Shown: positions 32,050 through 42,446 of the stretch, in pieces | Layout of the letters: every line of letters starts with the position of its first letter | Numbering within the stretch: the stretch's first letter is position 1 | Position numbers and translations under genes: made by a program | The notes under the pieces: generated by a model | Databases searched by the model: none | Told to the model about the DNA's origin: nothing | The model's input: only the letters and a program-made list of their open reading frames with translations | Virus record (IMG/VR): IMGVR_UViG_3300011242_000003 | Coordinates: 82,795 to 146,794 of that record | Direction: 5' to 3' (one strand) | Length of the DNA: 64,000 nt | Origin: a virus | Lineage: Duplodnaviria > Caudoviricetes

Positions 32050-32636
32050 TTGAATAATAATATTAAATTAACAATAATCAATAAAAAAGACAATCTAATA
32101 CTAACTATGGATAAAAACAAACCAACTTATGTGGTATCAATAATCAATGGAAGTATAGAATTTGAAGGAGAATTAAGTAATTATAATAAATAACTAAATT
32201 TCAAAGGAGAAATGATATTATGGGATATTGTGTTTATATGGAAGAATGTACAATTAAATTTAAGAAAGAAAACATGAAGTTAATATTGCAAAAATTATCT
32301 AATTATTTTAAGAATAGTAGTCTTAGGTGGGTAAATGGGTTTGATATAGAGGATATGACTGCAAAAGAAGATGACGAAGATACACCATTAGAGCTTGAAG
32401 ATATTTGGGACGATTTAAGATATGAAATTCAAGAAGAGGATAATTACTATATTATAACTGATTTTCTAGGTGAAAAACTAGGAGATGATTTTAAGTTTTT
32501 AAATCTTATAGCTGAATATTGTGAAGATGGATATATAGAATTTACAGGAGAAGATGGAGAACAATTTAGATTTGTTATAAAAGGAGATAAGGCTTATGAA
32601 CAGTATCCAAATGTATCTTGGACGGAAGAAGTATAA
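32050..32636 (+). other. two hypothetical CDS (32050-32193, 32220-32636)
   Basis: ORFs with RBS. Confidence 0.6.
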
Positions 32637-33229
32637 TGGCTAAAACAGAAGAGACCATAAAACTAGAAAAAGATATTTTCAAAGCAACTCAAAAACAAGG
32701 CGTATTTGGATGCATGGAAGTTACTATAGGTTGGTGGGGTAAAGAAAGAGTTGATTATATAACCTATGATACTAAAGGAATATGGAGATGTTTTGAGATT
32801 AAAGTTTCAAAAGCAGATTTTCATTCTAAGGCTAAAAAGACATTTATAGGTCATTATAATTATTATGTAATGCCAAGTAATCTATATGAACAAGTTAAAG
32901 ATGAAATACCTAATCATATAGGAGTGTATTGTGGTTCAAGCCTTGTAAAACGTGCTAAGAAACAAGAATTGGGTGTTGATGAGCAAATACTCAAAGACAG
33001 TATGATAAGGTCTTTATATCGTGAATATGAGAAGAAAGTGGCTAGTGAAGATGCAACATTAATGGAGAGATGCAGAAGTAAGATACAACGACTAGAAAGA
33101 GATTATAAAAATGAGAAAAGAGATTATATGAGTTTAAGAAATGCCACAATGTCAGCTCTACATAAGATAAGTCAAAAATACAATATTGATTATGGTGAAT
33201 TAAAGAATATATTAAGAGAGGAAATATAG
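32636..33229 (+). CDS. MmcB-like PD-(D/E)XK nuclease
   Basis: RVDY...FEIKVSKADF...YYVMP. Confidence 0.7.
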   Translation: MAKTEETIKLEKDIFKATQKQGVFGCMEVTIGWWGKERVDYITYDTKGIWRCFEIKVSKADFHSKAKKTFIGHYNYYVMPSNLYEQVKDEIPNHIGVYCGSSLVKRAKKQELGVDEQILKDSMIRSLYREYEKKVASEDATLMERCRSKIQRLERDYKNEKRDYMSLRNATMSALHKISQKYNIDYGELKNILREEI

Positions 33230-33232
33230 GAT

Positions 33233-34249
33233 ATGTTGGTAAAAATTCTAACTGAGAATTTAACACATGATGATTTATATATACTTAAATCAAAAGGTAT
33301 TGATACAAATAAACTGCATGATGTCAATATAACTTATGATGATATACTAAATGAATATATGATAGGTTTTATAGACAAAAATAATGAACCTATTATTTTA
33401 CTAAATAATGCGAAACAACAAACTTTTGAACCAATCGTAAAAGAAATGACAATTAAAGAGATAGAAAAGATACTCGGATATTACATCAAAGTAGTTGGTT
33501 AAAAGTTAGATTTTATATGACTAAAATATTAAATAAGAAAGGAAATGATAGATTATGATATTTAAAATAATAATAAGTTTAATGTGTTTTTTAGGATATT
33601 ACACTGAAATGAAAGTTAGAAAAAAGCTTATAAAAGAAAATACCACAAATAGTTTAATAAAATCTTTAGACTGTTCAATGTGGATGGGAATATACATAAT
33701 ACTCTTAGTTTTAATTCAAATTCAAATTATGTTATAAAATATATTAAATAAAAATAGAAAGAAGGAACAAATATGTTTACTGTTTTATGTTGGGTGATTT
33801 TAGTTTTATCAATAATTTCTAGTATAAGTTGTCTTATTGGTGTAATTGTTGAAGATAAAACATCTAAAAGAATTCAATCTTTGTTATCTTTGGCAGTTCA
33901 AATATTATATGCATATGTGCTTTATCAATATATGTTTATAATATAAATTATTAAAAGGAAGTGAATTAATAAAATGAAAGAATCTTTAAAAAAGTATAGA
34001 GCTTTAGGCGTTATTTTTATTGGTATGATATTCAATGTTATAGAAAGCGTATTCTTTGCACAGAATGGAAATCCATTTAATCTAAAACCATTAAGTGTTG
34101 GGGAATGGGTTTGTGATATAATAGCAACTTTAATTGTTGTCTTTGGGTTTATGATGGCAACATACGATATGTGGAAATATAAACCTAAAAAGATTACAAC
34201 ATATAAAACAGTTAATGGTGAGGTTGTTGAAATGAAGATTGAGGAATAA
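33233..34249 (+). other. one hypothetical CDS (33233-33502) and three small membrane proteins (33555-33737, 33773-33946, 33974-34249)
   Basis: ORFs with RBS; the last three each have two hydrophobic segments. Confidence 0.65.
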
Positions 34250-34289
34250 CATAAATATATTAAATGGGAAGAAACGGAGAGATGATTAA

Positions 34290-34952
34290 ATGAAATTTCA
34301 AGTTGGAGATAAGGTAAGAGTAAAAAAAGATTTGTATGTTGGTGCGGTGTATGATGAATATGATGTAACTTCGGAAATGCTTAAATTTAGAGGGGAAATA
34401 GTAGAAATATCTGAAGTATACGGTGATAGTTATGATATAAAAGAGGATAATACATTTGCTTGGACTGATGAAATGTTAGAAGATGCAAACTTACAAATAC
34501 AAGTAAAATACATAGATAAGAATATAACACCAATGGTTAAAAAAGATGGTGGAGATTTAGTCGATTTAAGAGTTAGTAGAGTTTTAAAAAATGGCGAAGA
34601 AGTATCTTTCCCATGTGAATATAAATTTGGAGATACACTATTCTTTAAATTAGGTTTTGCTATGAAACTACCAACAAATATGAAAGCTAATGTATATCCT
34701 AGAAGTGGCATGTTTAAAAATTATGGATTTTTATTAACTAATTCTGTAGGTCAAATTGATAATTCTTATTGTGGAAATGAGGACGAGTGGGGTTCTATGG
34801 TTTGGTGTACTAGAGATGGAATAATAAATTATAATGATAGAATACTACAATTCGAGGTTGTAGAAAGAACTATGGAAAATGTTGAATTTAAAGAAGTTGA
34901 ATCCCTAGATGAAATTAGTCGTGGCGGATATTCTAGCACAGGAGTAAAATAA
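34290..34952 (+). CDS. dut: trimeric dUTPase with N-terminal SH3-like extension
   Basis: VDLR; PRSG; GQIDNSYCG; RILQF; RGGYSSTG. Confidence 0.88.
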   Translation: MKFQVGDKVRVKKDLYVGAVYDEYDVTSEMLKFRGEIVEISEVYGDSYDIKEDNTFAWTDEMLEDANLQIQVKYIDKNITPMVKKDGGDLVDLRVSRVLKNGEEVSFPCEYKFGDTLFFKLGFAMKLPTNMKANVYPRSGMFKNYGFLLTNSVGQIDNSYCGNEDEWGSMVWCTRDGIINYNDRILQFEVVERTMENVEFKEVESLDEISRGGYSSTGVK

Positions 34953-34965
34953 CTAATAATAACCT

Positions 34966-34996
34966 AAAGCATATGGATTAATTCTGTATGCTTTTT
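34966..34996 (+). terminator. intrinsic terminator
   Basis: AAAGCATATGGA / TCTGTATGCTTT plus T tract. Confidence 0.7.
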
Positions 34997-35066
34997 CTAA
35001 TATCATCTATAATATGCAATAATTTAAAAAATGTGCAAATTATATAAAATAAAATATTAAAAAGTG

Positions 35067-35095
35067 TTGCATATATTTTCATAGTATGGTAATAT
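35067..35095 (+). promoter_or_regulatory. sigma-A-type promoter
   Basis: TTGCAT-N17-TAATAT, TG extension, box B 5 nt upstream. Confidence 0.65.
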
Positions 35096-35160
35096 TAAAT
35101 TATCGAAGGAAATGTACGGCAAATAACTAAATAATTATATTAAATAAGGGGGAGTTTCTA

Positions 35161-35601
35161 GTGTTAGAAAATCAAAGTATTAATAGTGTTTCAAAAGAGG
35201 AGAATTGTACTTGCTACAAGTGTGGTCATACATATAAGAAAGATAAAATAAAGAAATTTAAAATACATGACAGAAATGAAACTAGCTATTTTTATTATAC
35301 AGATGCAGATATATACTTATGTGAAGAATGTCAAACTCTTATTGATACAGATTGGTTTAATAATGAGGAGATGTTACATCAAGATTCAACTTACAACTGT
35401 GAAGAAGAATTACAAGACTTTATAAATAATTTTCCTTTAGAGTATCAAGAGAAAGTATATAACCAAGGCTTTCCATCTGAATATAGAGTGGATAGCAAAG
35501 ATTGGATAAAAGACCAAATTAAGTTAGATAAAATATTAAAAAGAAAAGAGTGGAGTGATAGTGAGATTGAACAATATATAAGCTATTATGAAAATACATA
35601 G
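35161..35601 (+). CDS. zinc-finger hypothetical protein
   Basis: CYKC...LCEEC; RBS GGGGAG. Confidence 0.7.
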   Translation: MLENQSINSVSKEENCTCYKCGHTYKKDKIKKFKIHDRNETSYFYYTDADIYLCEECQTLIDTDWFNNEEMLHQDSTYNCEEELQDFINNFPLEYQEKVYNQGFPSEYRVDSKDWIKDQIKLDKILKRKEWSDSEIEQYISYYENT

Positions 35602-35636
35602 AAACCATTGTATTGATAAAAATATATAATTTGTTT

Positions 35637-35735
35637 ACAATTTATTCATATGAAAACATGAGTAAAATGGAGTAAACAAGAGTAAATGAGAGGTGAGTTA
35701 GTAAAATATACCATTAAAATAGTTATTTTAAAAGG
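35637..35735 (+). repeat. composite element, copy 2
   Basis: AGTAAA at 35661, 35671, 35681; box A at 35715. Confidence 0.7.
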
Positions 35736-35745
35736 AGTGTATAAA

Positions 35746-36030
35746 GTGATAAATTATATTAAAAATTTGTTTAAGAGAAATGAGGCAAAAGAAGAAATAT
35801 CAGAGAACAATATTAAAAATAAAAAATATTTAGTTAAAAAGGTTATATACGAAGAAATTGTTGATGAAAATAAACTTAAAGAAATTATAAGCGAATATAA
35901 TATGCAGATTAAACCTAAAGCATATGCCAAGAAAGACGGAGTGAATATAATGTGTTTTCAACCAAGACCTGAATATAGGTTAGATATCGAAGAGATGTAT
36001 GAGGAGGATTTTGATGAAAAAGAAATGTAG
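35746..36030 (+). CDS. hypothetical protein
   Basis: GTG start after AGGAG. Confidence 0.65.
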   Translation: MINYIKNLFKRNEAKEEISENNIKNKKYLVKKVIYEEIVDENKLKEIISEYNMQIKPKAYAKKDGVNIMCFQPRPEYRLDIEEMYEEDFDEKEM

Positions 36031-36348
36031 CAATTGCACTCACTGGATACCATATATAGATAATGGACAATGCAACCTAGATTCTCATTATTGTGAATGT
36101 GATGATAAGTGTGAAAAACATAATTATGATTATGTAGGAGTATTATTAAAGAACTATGGAAAAATGATGACTCTGCATATTCACAAAGAAAACAATTTGA
36201 ACTACAAGAAGAAATAATTAACATAGCTAAAATATTAAATAATATTAAAAGATTTGAGGAGTTAACTTTAGATGAGAAAATACAAACCATTAAAGAGTGT
36301 ACATTAAGATATGAGAGAGAAGATAAAATGATAGTTTTCATTGTATGA
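36014..36348 (+). pseudogene. frameshifted (or -1 recoded) gene: Cys-rich N-terminus plus tape-measure-like segment
   Basis: MKKKCSNC...VGVLLK, then the -1 frame ELWKNDDSAYSQRKQFELQEEI...IV*. Confidence 0.6.
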
Positions 36349-36384
36349 ATAAAATATTAAAATAAAACAAAAGGAGATATAAAA

Positions 36385-37442
36385 ATGGGAATGTATACTG
36401 GATTGAGATTTAAAGGAATTATAAAACAAGAGTACAGAGATGATATAAACGATTTAATCAATAATTGCTCTGAGTGGGAGGATTTACAATGTGATATATT
36501 TAAAGATTTTAGCAAAATTAGTAGAAGTAGTTTTATTCCATTTGGTGGTTTATCATATATGCCTGATTTATGGGAAGAAGATACTGGTTTAAGAGATAAA
36601 TACGGATATATGATAACTAAAGATACCGATGGGTTTGATAGGAAATTTGATAAAGAAACAGGCTTATTAACTTTCCAATGTAGTTTAAAGAATTATGATG
36701 ACACAATAGAGTATTTTTTAAATAATATATTAGTAGCTATATGTGAAAAATCATATCATATAGAAGAATTTTATGAAGAGAGTAATATATCCACAATGTA
36801 CAAGATTAACGATGGGGAATTGATAACTTTAGACAAAGGAATTAGATATAATGAATATGATAAAGATTATAATTACTTTACGGGAGAAGAAATTTACCAC
36901 AATGAAAATTTTTATAAGTTGAGTGAATATGATTTTACATATGGTAAAATGTGTTAAAATAATTGATTTAATCGAAGGAGAGGTATAATGTCAAGAAATT
37001 ATATATGTGAAAGACATGATTATTGTTTAAAAAATTTAAGTAGGGTACGAGATGAAATATCAAGAGGTATTAAATTTAATAAAGATGATGTAGAAGCCTT
37101 AGTTGATTTACTAGATAGTATTGACTCTGATATATACGATATAATTGACGAAATAGAATGTGTTAAAGAAATGGGTATTAAAATGGAAACCAGATTATCA
37201 AACTACAGGATGGCGATAGAAGACTTAGGGTTTCAAAGAATAAATAATTAAGGATGGGATATATAATGGAAAATATCAATTCTGTAATTGAAAGAAATAT
37301 ATGTATTCATTGTATATACAATGTTAGTTCCAATGGTTGTAAATGGAATCCGTATAAACAATGTACTGAATATGATAAAGAATTTTTTGATGGCGATTAT
37401 TTCAAAGAAAAGTATTTAAAGGAGGATATTAAAAATGTATAA
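36385..37442 (+). other. three hypothetical CDS (36385-36957, 36988-37251, 37254-37442)
   Basis: ORFs with RBS; the first is bracketed by box A 36324 and 36955. Confidence 0.7.
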
Positions 37443-38022
37443 TAAAACAATATTTAACAAGGAATTAAGCTTAATAACAAATGAGGAATATAGAGATTTT
37501 ATATCTATGTGTTTAGATAATGCACCTGATTATTTTTGGACTATACCTGCTAGTTCAAGTGGTAAGTATCATCCTAGTGCAGACTTAGGAGAGGGTGGTT
37601 TAGTTAGACATACTAAAGCCTGTGTTCAAGTAGGACTAGATTTATTAAAATGTGAACAATTCATTTATGATAATGATGATAATAGAGATATTGTAATTGG
37701 TGCTTTATTATTACATGACTGCATAAAAAATGGGTTTGGATATAGTGAACATACTGATTTTTTACATCCTCAATATGCTTATGAGTTTATTACTGGAACA
37801 TTAAACAATGAAGATTCACTAAGTGATTTTACCGCATATCTTATAAGATTAACAAGAATGTGTGTAAAAACTCATATGGGAAAATGGAATACAAGTAAAT
37901 ATTCAAACGATGTACTTCCAACTCCAAGTAACGATTTTCAAAAGATAATTCATCTTGCTGATTATATAGCTAGTAGAAAATACATAGTTATGGATGAAAT
38001 AAGATTATTTGAGGAGATATAA
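37435..38022 (+). CDS. HD-domain phosphohydrolase
   Basis: PASSSGKYHP; GGLVRHT; LLHD; HMG; HLAD. Confidence 0.85.
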   Translation: MYNKTIFNKELSLITNEEYRDFISMCLDNAPDYFWTIPASSSGKYHPSADLGEGGLVRHTKACVQVGLDLLKCEQFIYDNDDNRDIVIGALLLHDCIKNGFGYSEHTDFLHPQYAYEFITGTLNNEDSLSDFTAYLIRLTRMCVKTHMGKWNTSKYSNDVLPTPSNDFQKIIHLADYIASRKYIVMDEIRLFEEI

Positions 38023-38310
38023 ATGGGCAAGTTATTAATAGAACCTGAAACTAAATATTTAATTGAAAATTCACCAGAGAAATTTACAAAAGAAACTATA
38101 AATCTTTATAATAAGGCTATAAACGAAGTAGAACAGTCAGGTGAATATACTTTAATTGGTGTAGATTTAGCAACTAAGGATTTTGGGGATTGTAGTGTAG
38201 TTATAAAAAGCAGAATTGAAAATGGTAAATTAATATTTGAAGAATGTGTTCCTTATGAAGATTATATTAAAAATAATTTTCCATGCGATAATGTAAGTTT
38301 CAGAAGATAA
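38023..38310 (+). CDS. hypothetical protein
   Basis: RBS GAGGAG. Confidence 0.65.
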   Translation: MGKLLIEPETKYLIENSPEKFTKETINLYNKAINEVEQSGEYTLIGVDLATKDFGDCSVVIKSRIENGKLIFEECVPYEDYIKNNFPCDNVSFRR

Positions 38311-38490
38311 ATACGTTAATAATGTATTAAATATATGAATAATATGTAAATGTATATACCTATGAATCAATTAAAGTTTACATATTATAATATTGATTTA
38401 CACATATTTAAATGAAGATAACAGATTAAAATTAAAGCAAGGCACAATGAAACTATATAAAGATATTATAAAATGTAAGGAGAAGTAAAT

Positions 38491-38769
38491 GTGAGAAGAG
38501 AAAATACTAGAATATGTGAAACTACCCCAGTGACAAAACTACCTAAAACAATGGAAAAGTATAAAAGTGATTTAATAAACGAAGAAGATATAAGAATATA
38601 TACTGATAAAAGAGAAACTAAAAATGGAACATTGCAAATAGTTACTATCAAACATTTACTAAGTGAAATTGTAGCTAGTTATGAAGATAAAAGTCAACTT
38701 ATAGCCTATAACGAAGCTATTAAATTATTAGAAGATACGGTTCAAAATATTATAACTGAAGCATATTAA
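38491..38769 (+). CDS. degenerate peptide-chain-release-factor-domain-like protein (no GGQ)
   Basis: INEEDIRIYT...VTIKHLLSEIVAS...KSQL...AIKLL. Confidence 0.45.
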   Translation: MRRENTRICETTPVTKLPKTMEKYKSDLINEEDIRIYTDKRETKNGTLQIVTIKHLLSEIVASYEDKSQLIAYNEAIKLLEDTVQNIITEAY

Positions 38770-38788
38770 AAGGAGGAGGATTAATTAA

Positions 38789-40524
38789 ATGTTAAGTGAA
38801 GAAGAATTGAATAAACGTATAGAACTAGCTTTATGTATGGAGTTATTAAAGGAATATAATTCTTTTGATGATATTAAAACAAACTTTGATTTAATATCAT
38901 CAAGAGAGTGTTTAAGCAAAATGACATTAGAGGAACTTAAAGTGAAGTCAGAAGAAATACAGCAATTAATAATTAAACATGAAACTGTTAAATTTTTAGA
39001 TAAGGTTCTTAAAGAAATAGAATTGTATGGCGTGGAATATACCAAAGAGAAGTACTTGAAGGAGAGTTAAAAATGACTACACAAGAGTTAATTAATATAT
39101 TAGAAACCAAAATAAAGGATAAATCTAAACCAATAGGATATAACGTTAATGGTGAATTTAGAACGCTAGATGATTTAGTTGGCATCAATGAATGGGAAGA
39201 TGTAATAGAACTACAATATGAATTAGAAGTGTAAAGGAGATAAAATATGTGTAATATTTGTAATTGTCCATACTGTGGATATGAAAATAAAATAGACGAT
39301 TATGAAGGTGATTCCTTTGACCATGAATGTTTTAACTGTGGGGAAGAGTTTGAGGTAGAAGTTGAATATGAGCCTACCTTTTCAGCCAATAAAATAGAGT
39401 ATATAAAATGTGATGAATGTGGAAGAGAAGAAAGAAGCTCCAATATGAGTTATGAAAACTCAACTTTCCCTTATCCTCAAAAGTATAAAGAGAATAACTC
39501 TAAACTGTGTCATGATTGTTATGTTAAAGGTGTATTTGAGGATATTGAAAAAGAAGACGTGGATGATTTGTTTAAAGAATTGTGTGAATTAGAGAAAGCA
39601 AGACAAGAAGTTAAAACAGAAATTTTAACCGAACAATATATTAAATAAAGGAGGTAAGGTATGAATGTATTAATATCAATATTAATAGTTGTAGCTCTTA
39701 CTATATGTATGTTTATAATTGCAGAAGTAATATACTATTTATTAATCTTTATTCACTATGTATTAAGAAAAACAATATTGAAAAAATATGAATATAATAA
39801 AACACTTAATAAAGTTAAATACAAGCTAGGTTATAATCAACAGATGATTTTATTGTACAAAGGGGAGATTAAAGAACTGCCAGAGTTGTATAAAAATGAA
39901 ACACGCATTTGCTATTGTTTTAAAGAATGGGACTATCCTAAAAAGTTAGGTATTGATGAGAAGTTACTACAAGAAGGTGTGAAAAGTCAAAAAGAATGTC
40001 TAAGACTAAGTAGAATTTATTATGAAAATAAAAGGCAAGAAGATATTAAATCAAGAGTAGAATTTCTTGAAAAGGAATTAAAAGATATAAAGGAGAGAAT
40101 GTAATGAAATTATATAATGCAATTTGTTATGATGATGACTACGATATACAAGAGGTGCAAAATATTATAGCCAAAGATGAAGCAGATGCTATTAAGAAAG
40201 CACAGTCAATTAATCAATTCTATTCTGATGTTAAGGTTAAAGAACTTGGTATTGTAGGTGGATATAAGGTTAGATTAGAAAGGATTGAGGAATAGTATGG
40301 ATAAATTAAATGTTATAAAATTTTTAACTGATGAAATAGAAAAAGAAAATATTAAAATCAATACATATGATGAAGAATATGAAAAGGCTAAAATTCAATA
40401 TCCTGAGTTTATTCCTTGGGAGTGGTTTAAAAATCATCCACGAGGTAGTAATTCTAAGATTAAAGAGTATCTAAAAACTATAAGAAGATTATCTTTGGAA
40501 ATTGAGAAGGAGATGATGGAGTAG
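38789..40524 (+). other. six hypothetical CDS (38789-39070, 39073-39234, 39247-39648 zinc ribbon, 39661-40104 TM, 40104-40295, 40297-40524)
   Basis: Packed ORFs with RBS. Confidence 0.7.
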
Positions 40525-40525
40525 G

Positions 40526-41812
40526 ATGGATAAGATAATAGAAATTATAAAACAATTACAAAATACTTCAGGAACAAATGATAAATTGGCAATATTAAAA
40601 GCTAATAAAGATAATGAATTGTTAAAGAAGGTTTTAGAATATACATATAATCCATTTAAGAAATATAAAATCACTGAAAAGACTTTATATGACATAGAAG
40701 ATTATCCAGATATATTACCTAATATATCAATTTTTGAATTGTTAGATTTACTCTCAGAAAGTAATATAAATGATTCTCTAAGATGTACCATAAAATCATA
40801 TCTAAAACACTACTACATAGAAGATAAACAAATATACGAATTATATGCCATGATGTTATTAAAAGACCTTAGAATTAATATGGGTATCAAATCAATTAAT
40901 AAAGTATGGAAAGGGTTAATACCTGAATTTAATGTAATGTTAGCAGAGTCTTATTTCAAACAAAAGGAAGGATTTTTAAAAGGAAGAAACTTTATATTAA
41001 GCACAAAATTAGATGGTAATAGGCTTGTAATTATAAAGAGAAGTGGCACAATTGAGATGTATACTAGACAAGGTAAATTGATGACAGGTTTAATTGAAAT
41101 AGAAAATGATGCTAAACAATTACCTGATAATATGGTTTATGACGGGGAACTTATAGCAGACAATATTAATAATCTACCAAGTGATGAATTGTTCAGAGAA
41201 ACTATGACTAAGGCAAGAAAAGATGGAAATAAAACAGGATTGATATTCCATTGTTTTGATATGTTGCCCGTAGAGGAATTTGAAAAAGGTAGCTCTAAGT
41301 TAAATGCTCATGACAGAAAACAAATGTTAGAAAATACATTGTCAAAATTATTATTAGACCATATAGTAAATGTTAAAACATTATATAAAGGCAATGACGA
41401 ATCTAAAATAATAGAATTTCTTAATTGGGCTAAATCAAAGAATTTAGAAGGTGTTATGTGTCAATTGTCTGATGGAGTATATGAATGTAAGAGGACTAAA
41501 AATATATTAAAAGTTAAAGCAATGTTAGATTGCGATTTAGAAGTAATTGGATTTGAAGAAGGACAGGGTAAGTATGTAAATTCCCTTGGACGACTCAATG
41601 TTGAATATAAAAACAATATAATAGGAGTTGGAAGTGGGTTTTCAGACTCTATGAGGGATGAGATATATAACAATCAAGATAAATATATAGGTAGGATTGC
41701 AAAGATACAATATTTTGAAGAAACCACTAATAGCAAAGATGACAAAGTTAGTTTAAGATTTCCTATATTTATAGAGTGGAGAGAAAAAGGTAAAGAAGTG
41801 AGTTATAACTAA
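40526..41812 (+). CDS. ATP-dependent DNA ligase
   Basis: TKLDGNR; YDGEL; FDML; LEGVM; GVGSGFSD; SLRFPIF. Confidence 0.92.
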   Translation: MDKIIEIIKQLQNTSGTNDKLAILKANKDNELLKKVLEYTYNPFKKYKITEKTLYDIEDYPDILPNISIFELLDLLSESNINDSLRCTIKSYLKHYYIEDKQIYELYAMMLLKDLRINMGIKSINKVWKGLIPEFNVMLAESYFKQKEGFLKGRNFILSTKLDGNRLVIIKRSGTIEMYTRQGKLMTGLIEIENDAKQLPDNMVYDGELIADNINNLPSDELFRETMTKARKDGNKTGLIFHCFDMLPVEEFEKGSSKLNAHDRKQMLENTLSKLLLDHIVNVKTLYKGNDESKIIEFLNWAKSKNLEGVMCQLSDGVYECKRTKNILKVKAMLDCDLEVIGFEEGQGKYVNSLGRLNVEYKNNIIGVGSGFSDSMRDEIYNNQDKYIGRIAKIQYFEETTNSKDDKVSLRFPIFIEWREKGKEVSYN

Positions 41813-41841
41813 CATTGGCATAATTAAAAATAATAAAGGAA

Positions 41842-42314
41842 GTGAAATTTATGAATCCTGAGCAAATTAAAAATCTTAAAAAACTTATTACATTAATGAT
41901 TATACCTATTACAATGTCTTTATGGGTTTCGGTATTGTGTCAAGTATTAAAGCCAAATTTGCTGATGGTGTTATTTATGTTAGGTATGATTATGGCTATA
42001 ATTAGAGAATGTACAAGAATATTATTAGAAGATTAAAACTGTGAATTTAATTGAATAAAATATTAAATAATTATAAAATTTTAAGGAAGTGTATTAAAAT
42101 GGACAAAACGTTAATGAGGCAATTGCTACTATTTGAAGGATTATTAAATAATATAGAACAATCTTTTCAGAACTTAATAAAGGAAGTTCCACAAATCAAG
42201 GATAGTATAGATAATTTGGAAAGAGATTTTACGGAAGAAGAGACTACTCTAATGAATAATGCAGATAATCAATGCGAAAGAATATCTAAATTATTCGCTC
42301 AAATATATAATTAA
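41842..42314 (+). other. two hypothetical CDS (41842-42036 membrane, 42099-42314)
   Basis: ORFs separated by box A 42034 and box B. Confidence 0.65.
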
Positions 42315-42337
42315 TAAAAGTAAAATATTAAATTATA

Positions 42338-42366
42338 TTGACAAAATAAAGAAACTAATATATACT
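42338..42366 (+). promoter_or_regulatory. sigma-A-type promoter of the topoisomerase operon
   Basis: TTGACA-N17-TATACT; box B 5 nt upstream. Confidence 0.75.
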
Positions 42367-42446
42367 GATAGTGTAGTAGGGATTTCTTGCTACACTATTT
42401 CAATTAATGAGAGTAAAATATTAAACTTAGAAAGAGAGGTAAAAGC

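Noticed and set aside
32031-32206. Degenerate box A-like sequences at 32031 and 32187
   Set aside because: Two to three mismatches and overlap with RBSs; not counted
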